From Myxococcota bacterium (GTDB taxonomy: Bacteria > Myxococcota_A > SURF-8), in NCBI GenBank assembly GCA_965140415.1, contig OZ223209.1, positions 3,808,001 to 3,872,000 on the forward strand: a stretch of 64,000 nt of DNA. Reading direction: 5' to 3'. The position numbers were made by a program, and so were the translations under genes. The number at the start of each line of letters is the position of its first letter. The stretch's first letter is position 1. The notes under the pieces are model-generated. The model was not told the DNA's origin, ran no database searches, and saw nothing but the letters and a program-made list of their open reading frames with translations. Shown here one piece after another: positions 26,628 to 40,200 of the stretch.

Positions 26628-28130
26628 TTAGGAATGGGAATGAAACGGGATTTCGTGATCGTGGCAGAATAGCTGCACGGCATGGCGTCCCGAAAGCAGG
26701 CTGGGCGGAATACCACCACCCGGCATAACCCATTGTCCCGCCATGTAAAAGTCCTTCAGGCCGGGAAGCGTTCGTTCGACCACTTTGAAAATGTTTTCAG
26801 GATTTGGAAGAAAACCTTCGTAGGCTCCGCGATAGTTGGACGTGTAGCGCACAAAGGTCTCCGGGCTGGAAGTATCGGTAACTTCCAAGGATTCCGTTAG
26901 ACCGGGCAGGTAGTTTTCCAGCTTTTGCAGAATCGCATCAGACAGTTCCTGCTTGGCTTTGCGGTAGGCATCGCGGTCGTTTTTCCGCAAGTCGCGCCAG
27001 AATTCATAGTCGGTTTCGATAGAAGCAACGATACTCGTTTTCCCCGCCACGGCAAAATGCGGGCTGTAGTTGAATACCCGAAAATAGAAGCCGGAAACCC
27101 GCTTCGTCCCCACCTGCAACGGTTCCGCCAGTTGTACAAGACCTAACGATGGAGCTTCTTTGAACTCCCTGGCCGCACCGTAACACAGCGTCATGATAGG
27201 ACAGGTCAATTCCCATTCGTCGAAACGTCGGGAAACGGAATCGGGCACGTAACGAGAATCCATCAGATTCAAACAAGTGCTGTGACCGTCGGCAGCGGAG
27301 ATGACTCCGTCTGCGTGAATCTCTTCACCATCAGCTAAACATACACCCACCGCCCGGTCTTGTTCTACAAGCACCTTTTCAACTTTCGCTCGATAACGGA
27401 TTTCACCGCCCAATTCCGTGTAACGTGTTTCAAGATCGCGAGCAAAGGCCAAAGAGCCTTGCTGAAAACTTGCCAACTGACCGTCGGCCAATAATCCCAA
27501 CAGATTCAAACTGAACCACACCGGCACATCGGGTAAAAACAGGTAGTCGAAAACAAAGCGTACAAAGGCATCGTTCAGGCGCGAACTGAACTCTCCCATG
27601 CGTTTACCGTAGGCTCCTACAAAATAAGGTAGGACTTTGTACATTCCCGAAAAAGAAGATAGCTTTTTCCATATTCCGGCTAAGCCAGGCGCATCGGCTA
27701 AGCCGCGCATGCTATCGACTCCCCGAAAACGTTTTGCGCTACGAATAAAACCATCGATTGTTTTTTTGTCCACAGGTGACAAGTGGGCTAGATCCTGTGC
27801 GAAGCGGTCCAGATCTTTCGTCAAATCGACATACTTCCCGCTGGCCTCATCATAATAGCGTCCACTGAAACTCATTTCCGCAAGATCTGTCTGAGCAATG
27901 ATACCCAATTCCCGATAGAGATCGTGGGTAAATTGTCCCTCTCTATATCCCATCAGGAAGTGTACGCCGCCATCGAAAAGATAGTCGCCGCGTTTCCAGG
28001 CCGTGCAAACACCACCTGGCTTGTCGTGCTGTTCGAGAAGAATGCTGCGACAGCCGCTTAATTGACAGTAGATGCCAGCCGCGAGACCGGCTAACCCGGC
28101 ACCGATTACAAGAAGTTGTTTCTGCTGCAT
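26628..28130 (-). CDS. Phytoene desaturase-family FAD-dependent oxidoreductase
   Basis: VIGAGLAGL, PGGVCTAWKRGDYLFDGG, FYMAGQWVMPGGG. Confidence 0.9.
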   Translation of the reverse strand: MQQKQLLVIGAGLAGLAAGIYCQLSGCRSILLEQHDKPGGVCTAWKRGDYLFDGGVHFLMGYREGQFTHDLYRELGIIAQTDLAEMSFSGRYYDEASGKYVDLTKDLDRFAQDLAHLSPVDKKTIDGFIRSAKRFRGVDSMRGLADAPGLAGIWKKLSSFSGMYKVLPYFVGAYGKRMGEFSSRLNDAFVRFVFDYLFLPDVPVWFSLNLLGLLADGQLASFQQGSLAFARDLETRYTELGGEIRYRAKVEKVLVEQDRAVGVCLADGEEIHADGVISAADGHSTCLNLMDSRYVPDSVSRRFDEWELTCPIMTLCYGAAREFKEAPSLGLVQLAEPLQVGTKRVSGFYFRVFNYSPHFAVAGKTSIVASIETDYEFWRDLRKNDRDAYRKAKQELSDAILQKLENYLPGLTESLEVTDTSSPETFVRYTSNYRGAYEGFLPNPENIFKVVERTLPGLKDFYMAGQWVMPGGGIPPSLLSGRHAVQLFCHDHEIPFHSHS

Positions 28131-28205
28131 CCCGTTTCCCTGTTAAGGCAATTCATTTCGCTAAGTATAGCCTGTCCGGCGATAAAATCAATGGGTTCAA
28201 AAGCA

Positions 28206-28235
28206 AAAACCCCGTCGGAGAACCCGACGGGGTAT
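28206..28235 (-). terminator. Rho-independent terminator after the giant lipoprotein gene
   Basis: ACCCCGTCGG-agaac-CCGACGGGGT with adjacent A-run (U-tract on the minus strand). Confidence 0.8.
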
Positions 28236-28254
28236 AGGGTGAATCAAAGGAGGA

Positions 28255-31200
28255 TCAGCGGGCGTTGGATGCAGTCAGCGTATAGCTGTCGCAGATCGGC
28301 TGAGCAATATCATCCCGGTATTTAACCATGACCCAGTAGGATGCGGAATCATCCAGGCAGTAGCGGAAAGGCCAGTGTGGAATGGTTTCCGATGTGCCTT
28401 CCTGCGGTTCCAGTTCGGCTGGACGGCAGGGACATTCACCGGCGGAGTCCACCGTGAATTCCTCATCCGAGAAATTCGTGTAATCCCGGAAATCATACCA
28501 GTTCTCACAGACCCGTTGCGTACCCTGGCAGCCTCCCTTGTACACATCGAAGCGGAAGGCATTGTCCGGATTGAAGGTAAAGAAGACTTTGACGTCGAAG
28601 AGGTCGCAGGTGGCGTCTGTCAGATCTTCCGCGTCGAAGCGGTACCAAGCCACGGATTCCAGCGTGGCCAGTTGTCCTTCTACACTTCCGATGGTCCCGC
28701 CCTGGCGGTCGTCAAGCGGATTGTTGGGGAAGTATTGCGCTTCTCCACAGGTATCGGCAGGAATGCTTTCCAGTTCGCATTCGCAGCCATCATTCTGGTC
28801 TCCGTTCATGTTGGCATAACCGGATTCACAGGTTGAAAATTCACACTCGCTGTTCACGCAGACCGCGTAGGCATGCGCGAATTCACAACGATTGTCACAA
28901 GCACCGCAGTGGTCCGGGTGGTTGTAGTCGCCGGTTCCGCCTTCGCGGAAGTCCTCATCGGTCTGACCGTCGCAGTCGTTATCGAGCAGATCGCAGGATT
29001 CCGGCTGGCCGCGATAATCGGAGCCGTTTAGATCGGTAGAGCAGATGGTTGCGCTACTGTCGCCGGGATCGCATTCTCGCAGACCCGCGCCGCACTGGCC
29101 AACGCCAATACAGCCGGTGCCCAATCCGAAGCCTTCATCGGTCTGACCATCGCAGTCGTTATCCAGATTGTCGCAAACTTCGGTTTGAGCGCCGCCCCAG
29201 GCGGTACAGGTCAACCCGTCTTGTTGCTCGTTGCAGATCCATTCGCCGGTACCGCATTCGCCACCGGAACAGGCGCTTCCCAACAACGACCAGTTTTCAT
29301 CGGTCTGACCATCGCAGTCGTTATCCAGCCCATCGCAGAGTTCTCCGCTGCCGTCGTAGACCGAACCGCCAAGGTCTGTTGAACAGATGGCGTGATACAA
29401 GCTCGCGCATTCTCGCTGGCCCTGGCCACATTCGCCGATGCCTTCACAGCTCTGGCCGAGGTAGAAGGTTTCGTCGGTCTGCCCGTCGCAGTCGTTATCG
29501 GCGTTGTCGCACAATTCCGCGCTGGCCAGGCTGTTGGAACCACCCGGCATCGTGGAACAGATGGTCGAATCGGTCCCCTGGCATTGCCACACACCCGGTT
29601 GGCTGGCGCATTGACCGATACCGGTGCAGCTTTGACCCAGGTTAAAGCCTTCGTCGGTTTCGCCGTCGCAATCGTTGTCAATGTTATCGCACAATTCCGC
29701 CACCGGATTGTACTGGCTGCCCACACCGCGCCCATCGTTATAGCTAAGCGTCGAGCAACGAGTGTGGATGCCGTCATCCGCACATTCCCAAACGCCCTCT
29801 CCACAAGCGCCGGTGCCTTGGCAAGGCGTTCCAACACGTCCGCCGCAATCCGCACCGGAGCAATAGGGCCAGGGTTCGCCCAGCGATGGAGTAAACAGGC
29901 TGTAGTCTTCATCGACCTGGCCATCGCAATCGTTATCGAGGCTGTCGCAGTATTCTTCTTCGCCGCTGTATTCGCTGCCACCGGGTGCCGTGGAGCAGAT
30001 CGAGGCGAGTTCGTTTTCCGTATCGCATTCGATGACACCGACGTCGCAATTGTCACTGGGCTGACAGCTTGCACCGAGATTGAAAACCTCATCGGTTTGA
30101 CCGTCGCAGTCGTTGTCCAAAGTATCGCATAATTCAACGTTAGCCAGCGAGTAGGAACCACCAGGCATGGTGGAACAGACCACACTGTTGGGACCAGCAC
30201 ATTCGTAGAAGCCCGGTTCATTGCCACATTCGCCAACACCCAAACAGGATTCTCCGGTTGCGAAATCCTCGTCGTATTGACCGTCGCAGTCGTTATCCAG
30301 TCCGTCGCACAATTCAGGCGAATCTTGCGGATCGGAGCCGTTGAGATCGGTAGAGCAGCGCGTGGTCGTAGGCGTGTCGCATTCAATCACACCTTGGCCA
30401 CATTGACCCACGCCGTCGCAGCTCTGCCCAATGAAGAAGCCCTCATCTGTCTGACCGTCGCAGTCGTTATCGACGTTATCGCAAAGCTCGGTGGTGCCTC
30501 CGAATTGAGATCCACCGGGTGCGGTGGAGCAACGGGTTTCATAGTCATCGGCGCACTCGATTACACCGGCGGAACAGGCTCCATCTGGGAAACAGGTTTC
30601 ACCGATATCGAAGAATTCATCGGTGTAGCCGTCGCAGTCGTTGTCCAATCCGTCGCAGATTTCCTGGATCGTCGGCCAACCGGGGTATTCGGAACCACCC
30701 AGATCGGTGGAGCAACGGGTACCTCCCGTGTCGTTACATTCCAGCGTACCGACGCCACATTCGCCAACGCCATCGCAGGGACCGCCAAGGTCGAAGGTTT
30801 CATCGGTCTGACCGTCGCAGTTGTTGTCCTTTCCGTCGCAGAGTTCGGCAGAGGGTTCATACTGCGAGCCGCCGAAGTCGGTCGAGCAGATGACGTCGTT
30901 GTCGCCGTGGCATTCGATCACGCCATTCAAATTGGAGCAGGTTCCGCTACCGACGCACTCCTGACCAAGGGTCGGCCAGCTTTCATCGGTGAAGCCGTCG
31001 CAGTCGTTGTCCTGGTTATCGCATATTTCATCGGAACCCGCGAATTGCGAACCGCCCAGATCGGTGGAGCAGATGGTCTGGTATACATGGTTGGGATCGC
31101 ATTCCACCACCCCTTCACCGCAGGCACCTTGACCCTGACAGGGGGCACCCAGGCCATAGCCTTCGTCGGTTACGCCGTCGCAGTCGTTATCCAGACCATC

Positions 31201-34200
31201 GCAACCTTCCGGACCACCATCGTAGAAATCGCCACCCGGATCGCGGTTACAAATGACCTCGTATTCGTTTTTACATTGCATGTACCCACTGCCACATTCT
31301 CCAACGCCATCGCAGGCAATGGGATTACCCGTTTCCGGGTCGTACAGGCCGATGCCTTCATCGGTCAATCCATCGCAGTCATCGTCGAAGCTGTTACACA
31401 GTTCTGGTTGCCCCCCATATTGACTGCCGCCGATGTCGGTGGAGCAACGCACCGAGTTGGTCGTCTCGCACTCGTATTGACCCATGCCGCACTGGCCATC
31501 GCCCATGCAGCTATTGCCGATTTGATAGCCTTCGTCCGTCGATCCATCGCAGTCGTTATCCAGGCTGTCGCAGATTTCCGACGTTCCCTGGTAGTTGCTG
31601 CCGCCGACATCCGTGGAGCAGCGGTAGGTATAGAGCGAAGCGCATTCATACACACCCGCGCCACATTCGCCGATGCCTTCGCAGTCTTCGCCGCGCATGA
31701 AGTCTTCATCGGTCTGGCCGTCGCAGTCGTTGTCCTGACCGTCACAGGTTTCGTTCTGACCTTCATACTCGCTGCCATTGATATCCGTCGAGCAGATGGT
31801 TTGCGCGTAGCCGTAGCGGCATTCGGTCACGCCCGCGCCGCAAGCTCCCACACCATCGCAAACGACGCCCAACGCAAAGTCCTCGTCGGTCAACCCATCG
31901 CAGTCGTTATCACGATGATCGCAAACTTCTTCTCCGCCGGTGTGATCCGAACCACCCAGATCGGTGGAACAGCGATAACCGCCGTTGTCGTCGCATTCGT
32001 ACACACCTTCGCCGCAATCGCCATTACCCTGGCAGCTCTGGCCGATGGGGTAACCTTCGTCGGCACTACCGTCGCAGTCGTTGTCCTGACCGTCGCAAAT
32101 CTCAGTTCCGGATTGATCCTGGCTACCGCCGGCTTCGGTGGAGCAGACCACCTCTCCCGACGGGGTGCATTCCCACAGACCTGCACCGCAGATGCCCTCG
32201 CCCTGGCAGGCTTCACCTACGCCGAGATTTTCATCGGTCTGGCCGTCGCAGTTGTCATCCAAGGCATTACAGAGTTCGGCCACGAATTGATAATCCGTAC
32301 CGCCGGGGTTGCTGGAACAGATGGCGGTGTAGATGTTGATGCACTCGTACTGCCCCGTACCGCATTCTCCGGTTCCGTTACAGACCTGACCGATATTGAA
32401 GTCTTCATCGGTTTGGCCGTCGCAGTCGTTATCTAGGTTGTCGCAGAGTTCGGGATTGGGTTGGTAGTCGCTGCCACCATAACTGGTCGAGCAGCGCGCA
32501 CTGCTGGGAGAGGCGCATTCCCACATTCCCGCACCGCATTCGCCGACGCCGGTACAGGCCTGGCCAACCTGGAAATCTTCATCGGTTTCCCCATCGCAGT
32601 CATTATCCAGATCGTCGCAGCGTTCCGCTTCGCTTCGATCTTCGCTGGCGCCGGGATTGCTGCTACATACCAGATCGCCAACCGGGGAACATTCGATACG
32701 ACCGCTGCCGCAAGCACCCACGCCGATACAGATCTGTCCGACGCCCATACCTTCATCGGTCTGGCCGTCGCAGTCATCATCCTTACCGTTGCAGGATTCG
32801 GACCGAACCTGAGACGCGCTTCCGCCGGGACCGGTGGAGCAACGAGAACTGGTAGAGGTGGCGCATTCATACATGCCGATGCCGCATTCTCCAGTGGGAT
32901 CACAACTGTCGCCGATACTGAAGTCTTCATCCGTGGAGTTGTCGCAGTCGTTATCCAGGTCATCGCAGAGTTCCGACGTACCCAGGTAGCTCGATCCTCC
33001 CGGTCCTGTGGAGCAGACCAGCGAGAAGTCGTCTCCACATTCAGTCAGACCCTCGACATGTCTGCATTCGCCGGGAGCGAAGCAGACGGCACCTGTGGCA
33101 AATCCTTCATCGGTCAGCCCGTCGCAGTCGTCGTCTTTGTGGTTACACAGTTCGGGAATGCCGTCGTATTGCGAGCCGCCTGGATCGGTGGAACATTGAT
33201 AGCCGCCATCGGCAGCGCATTCGTAGAAACCGATACGGCAGGCACCGACACCATCGCAGGTGTCACCCAGCGGGAAGCCTTCGTCGGTCAGGCCATCGCA
33301 GTCGTTGTCCAGTCCGTCACAGCTTTCGACAACAGCAACGTAATCATCGCCACCGATATCGGTAGAGCACATCATTCCGCTGGGGTTGGACGGATCGCAT
33401 TGAATAACACCGGCTCCGCATTCCCCTTCGCCATCGCAGGCTTCGCCGGTAAGGAAGTCTTCATCGGTCAAGCCGTCGCAGTCGTTGTCCAGGTGATCGC
33501 AGAGTTCCGGCTGGTAGCTATATTCACTTCCGTTGATATCGGTGCTGCAAATAGCGGAAAGCAGGGAACTGTCGCACTCATATACGCCGATCCCGCAAGC
33601 GCCGACGCCATCACAGGATTGCCCCAGCTCCGGCCAGTCTTCGTCGATCTCCGTGTCGCAGTCGTCGTCCAGGTAGTTACAGAGTTCCTCGCTCGGATCG
33701 TATTGCGAACCACCCGGATCGGTGGAACAGCCGGACTGTGAACTGGTGTAGCATTCCATATACCCCGCACCACAGCCGCCGGAGCCCTGGCAAACGATGC
33801 GCTCGCCGGAACCGTCGTAAATACCGAAGCCTTCGTCAACCTGGCCATCGCAGTCGTCATCGAGATAGTTGCAGGTTTCCACCAGGCTGGGATTCCAGTC
33901 CGTGCCTCCGAAATCAACCGAACAGCGAATACCGCCGCTGCCATCACACTCATACACGCCGCTGCCGCATTCGCCGACACTCGTACAGGGATCGCCGATC
34001 CCCAGATCCTCATCGGTCAATCCGTCGCAGTCGTTATCCAATTCGTCGCATATTTCTTCCGTGCTGGCGTCTTGCGAACCGCCGATATCGGTGGAACAGA
34101 TTGCCCGACTGCTGTCGTTGGGGTCACACTCACGAGTTCCGGCTCCGCATTCGCCCACGCCGTTACAGGACAATCCCAGCGAGAAGCCTTCGTCGGTCTG

Positions 34201-37200
34201 GCCGTCGCAATCGTTGTCCAGTTCGTCGCAGATTTCATCCGTTCCGGCATAGGCGCTACCGCCGATATCCACCGAACAGCGGGTGGTGTAGAGCGAGGAA
34301 CATTCGATGAGTCCTTGGCCGCATTCGCCGACACCCGTACAACTATTACCAACACCGAATTCCGAATCGGTTTCGCCGTTGCAGTCGTCGTCGATTCCGT
34401 TACAGACTTCCTCGTTATTGCCGTATTGCGTCCCGCCCTCTTCCTTGGAACAGATGACCTGCTCGCAGTAGTAACGGTAGTTCGGGTCCGACTCGTTGCT
34501 GCAAGCACTGTTACTCAGATCCAGGTTCTGATTGCATTCCAGGAAGCCGTTTCCGCAAGCGCCGCCGGCGTCGCAGGTGTCGCCCAGTGTGGTAAAGTCC
34601 TCGTCGGTTTCGCCATCGCAGTCGTTATCCTGGTTGTCACAGATCTCTTCGCCAGCACTACTTGGATAGGCCGGGTTCGCCACGCAACCGGGTTCCGCCG
34701 GATCGCAGGCGCGGCATTGGCCCGGATTGGTCCAGATGTCGCAGTCGTCGTAGATGTAAGGCAGGTTGACCGAACAGATGCGATCGCTGGTTCCGTTGCA
34801 CCACCAGGAGCCGAAAGCGCTGCTGCAATCGCCGGTTCCGAAGCAACCCGAGTTGATGTTCCAGTCTTCATCGGTCTGGCCGTCGCAGTCGTCGTCCAAA
34901 TGGTTACAGCTTTCATCCGCCCCGCCGAAATCGGGATGCTCCGGCCATTCAGCCGAACAGATGATTGTGTTCTCGTCCAGGCAGACGTAAGTGCCGGTGC
35001 CGCATTCACCCGACGCCGTGCAAGTATAACCCAACGGACCGAAATCATCGTCGGGCGTGCCGTCGCAGTCATTATCCAGACCGTCGCAGATTTCCTGCGC
35101 CTGCTGATCTTCGGACTGGAAGGGATCGGTGGAGCAGGCACGCGCATAGATGCTGTCGAACTTGCATTCCCATACACCCTGACCGCATTCACCAACGCCG
35201 TCACAGAGTTGCCCGATCTGGAAATCTTCATCGGTCTGGCTGTCGCAGTCGTTGTCTTTATCGTCGCATTTTTCGCTCTGTCCGGCCCAGTCGCTACCGC
35301 CGTAGTTGACCGAACAGACGACCTGTTGATTGGTGCCACACTGGTATACGCCGGTTTCCGAACTGCATTCGCCGGTACCGGTGCATTCCACGCCCAGGTT
35401 CAAGCCATCATCGACATGACCGTTACAGTCGTCGTCTAACCCGTTGCAAAGTTCTTCCGGCGCCGGGTCCGGATATTCGGAACCGCCGATGTCGGTAGAG
35501 CAGAGCAGACCGCCGTCTGTGGCGCATTCGTACACGCCCAAACCACATTCGCCGATGCCGTCGCATTGCGCGCCAAGATCGTAATCTTCATCGGTCATGC
35601 CATCGCAGTCGTTGTCCAACTCGTCGCAAAGCTCGTCGTTCCCCGCGTATTCGCTGCCACCGATATCCACCGAGCAGCGAGCGGAGTTGATGTCCGCGCA
35701 TTCGTACAGACCCAGACCGCATTCGCCCACACCTTCGCAGGTTTCACCGATCAAGAAATCTTCATCGCTGTAACCGTCGCAGTCGTTATCCAACTCGTCG
35801 CAGGTTTCCTGAACGTCCTGGCGCTGCGAACCAAGCGGGTCGGTGGAGCATACGACTCCGCCTGGTGCCTGGCTGTTACATTCGTAGGTTCCCAATCCAC
35901 ATTCGCCGGTGCCGTCGCAAACCACGCCGATGCTGAAATCCTCATCCGTCAAACCGTCGCAGTCGTTGTCCTGGTTGTCACAGGTTTCCGGAGAACCTTC
36001 GTAATCGGGATGACCGGGCAAAGCGGAGGAGCAAATGTAGGTGGTATCCGTCTGGCAGACGTACACGCCCATTCCGCAGGGACCGGGACCATCGCACAAT
36101 TCGCCGATGTGGAAGTCTTCATCGGTCAAACCGTCGCAGTCGTCATCCAGGTTGTTGCAGATCTCTTCGCTGCCCGCCCAGTGATCGCCACCATAACTGG
36201 TGGAACACATACGGTCGGTTGGGCCGTCACATTGCCAGACGCCGTCCGGACATTCCCCCACGCCCGGACAGGTTTGTCCAAGCTCGAAATCCTCATCCGT
36301 ACTTCCATCGCAATCGTTGTCTCTGTCATCGCAAAGTTCATCACTGCCATCGTATTCACTGCCATCGGGATTGGTGGAGCAAGCGGTGCTATCTTCAGTA
36401 AGGCATTCGATAAGACCATAGCCGCATTCGCCGATACCGTCGCAGTTCACCCCGACGTTGAAGTCCTCGTCGGTATAGCCGTCGCAATCGTCGTCGAGAT
36501 TATTGCAGGTTTCCTGTGAGCCATCGTAAAAACTCCCGCCGATATCGGTGGAGCAGCGCGCGGTATTGGGTCCGTTGCATTCATACACTCCCTGACCGCA
36601 TTCGCCGACGCCTTCGCAATTTACGCCGATGCTGTAGTCTTCGTCCTTCTGTCCGTCGCAGTCGTTGTCGATGTTGTCGCACAGTTCATAGCTGCCATCG
36701 TATTCACTGCCGCCGATGTCGGTGGAGCAGATGGAACGATAGCCGTTGTTCGGGTCGCACTCGCGCAGGCCCTCGCCGCATGCACCGACACCGCTACAGG
36801 GTTGACCGACATTGAAGCCTTCGTCGGTCTGGCCGTCGCAGTCGTTGTCCAACTCGTCGCAGATTTCGGATACGGGCACGTAATCCGAACCACCGGGATT
36901 TGTGGAACAGCCGGTGATGTAATAGTTGAAACATTCCGTATGGCCCTGTCCGCATTCGCCGATACCGTCACAGCTCTGTCCAACAGAGAAGTCCTCATCG
37001 GTCTGACCGTCGCAGTCGTCGTCTATCTGGTTGCAGATTTCGTTCATCGCCTGGCTGTTACTGCCGTTTGGATCGGTGGAACAGATGGTGGCATGGAAGT
37101 CATTGGGATCGCATTCGATCACGCCCGTACCGCAACTACCCACACCATCGCAACCTGCACCGGTATCGAAGCCTTCGTCGATTTCATCGTTACAGTTGTT

Positions 37201-40200
37201 GTCGATGCCGTCACAGACTTCAGTGGGTGAAGGATAGTCACTGCCGCCCGGATCGGTGGAACAGCGATAGCTGGTGTCCCCGGCGCATTCGTAGCGGCCA
37301 TTGGGACAGTCCGCCGAACCGGTACAGGCATCGCCGATGGGCCAGTCTTCGTCGGTTTGGCCATCGCAGTCGTTGTCCAGTCCGTCGCAGATTTCCGCCT
37401 GGTTGGGGTAGTTGCTGCCGCCGATGTCGGTGGAGCAGATCGTGGCATTGACGTTGTTCGGGTCGCACTCGCGGTTTCCGATTCCGCATTCTCCGACACC
37501 CTCGCAGACTTGCGCAATCGGATAGCCTTCATCCGTATGCCCGTCGCAGTCGTTATCCTGCATGTCGCAGCGTTCCGGGAAATTGGGATAGGCGCTGCCG
37601 CCGATATCGGTGGAGCAGATCGTCTGGCTCGGGTTGTTCGAGTCGCATTCGACGACGCCAGAGCCGCAAGCCCCGATACCTTCGCAGGTTCCGCCCAGCG
37701 TGAAGGTTTCGTCGGTCTGTCCATCGCAGTCGTTATCCAGATCGTCGCAGACTTCCGTGCTGCCGCCGTATTCGCTGCCCCCCGGACCGGTGGAGCAACG
37801 GGTGGCGACTTCGCCATCGCATTCGATGACACCCGCACCGCATTCGCCCGGCGGTGTGCAGGGCGTACCCAGATTCAGACCATTATCCGTGTTGCCGTCG
37901 CAATCGTCGTCTAATCCGTTGCAGAGTTCGGCCTGATTCGGGTACTCGCTACCGCCGATGTCGGTGGAGCAGAGAATGGCGTTGTCGTTATTGGGATCGC
38001 ACTCGTAAATTCCCCCACCGCATTCGCCGACGCCTTCACAGGCATCGTTGACCGGGAAACCTTCGTCGGTGTATCCGTTGCAATCATCATCCAGGTTGTT
38101 GCAGCGTTCGGGATACATGATGTACTCACTGCCGCCGATATCGGTGGAACAACCGGAGCTCGTCGTGTCGAAACATTCAATCAAGCCTGCGCCGCATGCA
38201 CCGACTCCGTCACATACCTGTCCGATGTCGAAGCCTTCGTCGGTTTCGCCATCGCAGTCGTTGTCCATGTCATCGCAGATTTCTTCACTGCCGTCGTAGT
38301 TCGTTCCCTGCGGATCGGTAGAGCAAACGTAAAGAGACGGGTTGGTCGGATGGCACTGGAACACGCCAATGCTGCATGCCCCGATGCCGTCGCATTCATC
38401 ATCGATGGGATAGTCTTCGTCGGTCTGGCCGTCGCAGTCGTTGTCTTCATTGTCGCACTGTTCCACACCGTTGTTGCTATATTCACAGTAGTACTCGCAG
38501 TCGGCAGGATTGTCGTCGAGATCGTGGTAGTTTTCCGGGCAATCCTGACCGCGTCCCGTCAGCGTGATCGTCGCCACGGGAGTGTCGAAGTCGTTGGAGT
38601 AAATCTGCACTCTGCCAGAGTAGTCGGTAATCTCCGATGGCAAAAAGGACACACCGAAAGACAAAAACGTCTGGCTGGTGTCGTTGTCGATGTCGTAGGG
38701 CAGGCTGCCGCCGACTTCGGTAATAAAGAATTCCGTACCTTCACCGTTATCCATTTCGATTTCGATCTGGCTAACTCGCAGTGCGCCTTGTCCGGTGTTG
38801 CTGATAAAGAATTCCATCGGACCGACGGTGACCCCGACATTGGGACTGCCGAAATCGTAGGTGGTAAAGGGTAGTATCTGGATGTTCGGATTGATACCCA
38901 CGCCGGACAGGTTCAGTTGTGTTTCCCGCGCCAGTGGATCGTTGGAGGTAATCGTCAAATCAACGCTGTCCACGCCCGGAGGCAACTGCGGCTCGTAAAT
39001 AAGCGTCAGGGTTTCGGTCGCCATTGGTTCGACCGCCGGAAAGGGATCGGGCGAGAAAGAAAACGCCGTCTGGGTGTCGGGCGCGAAGTCGAACGGCTCC
39101 AATATCAGCGGCACTTCACCTTCATTGGAAACCAGTAGCTGGATCTGGTTTTGCCCGCCGATCACGACCGTGTCGAAATAAAGCGAATCTTCCAGCGTTT
39201 CACCATCGGCGCGCGCAAGATCCAGAGTCGGCGCTGCGCCCTGACCGGACAAACTGATATCCAGTGACGGCACCACCGGATCGCCGGTAACGATTTCCAG
39301 ATTGGCCGCTTTGGCGGCGCGTTCCGTCGGAGTGTATTGAACGCGCACAATCGCCTGGTTGCCTACGCCGAGTGTCGGCATAAAGGCCAGGTCGTCGGGG
39401 TGGATGCTGAATTCGGCATCGCCGGTTAAGTTGTATTCCAGCACTTCCAGCAGGGTGGTGGAGGTGTTGGTGATCGTCAAATTCATGGTTTTCGTGGTGA
39501 AAACCGGCACGGAGTCGAATTGCAACGTACTGGTGGAAATAGTCCAGGTCGGGTTGACCCCTTCACCGGTACAGATAATGTCGATATTCTGCTGCGGGTA
39601 GAAATTTCCCCGCAGCCCCAAGGTGATTTCATCGATGCCGACGTTGGTGGGCTGATAGCTCACCTTTAAGTGAATGCTTTGCTCGTTTCCAAAAGGTATA
39701 CCGATTGCACCATTGGAGTCATAGGAGAATTCGCCGTCCGTATCTCCCGCAATGACCACCTCATCCAGCACGGCATCCGCTTCGCCGTGATTCGTAATGA
39801 TCAAGGTCTTTTCGGTGCTGCTGTCTAGGATTTTGCGTCCGAAGGCAAGTTCCGTTTCGGACAACTCGATCTGGGCGGCGACACCCTTTCCCAGAATATC
39901 CACGGTTCCCTGCGCGTCAAGCGAGGAAGACTCGAACAGCAGGCGATCGGAGAAATCGTCCAGACTCTGCGGATCGAACACGATGACAACCTGGAATTCC
40001 TGGCCGGGTTGCAGCATGTGGGTTGCGCTTGGATCGAAACCGGATTCGAAGCTGAACGGACCCTGGCCGTCTTGCAACGAGAAGGGACCGAGTTGGATTA
40101 CGGCGTTGGAACCGGGCAGAGTGAAATTGGTAAAGCGAATTCCGGCGGAAAGTGCGGCAGGCTCCAGAATGTCTTTGCCGCCGAAGTCGAGTTGGCGCGG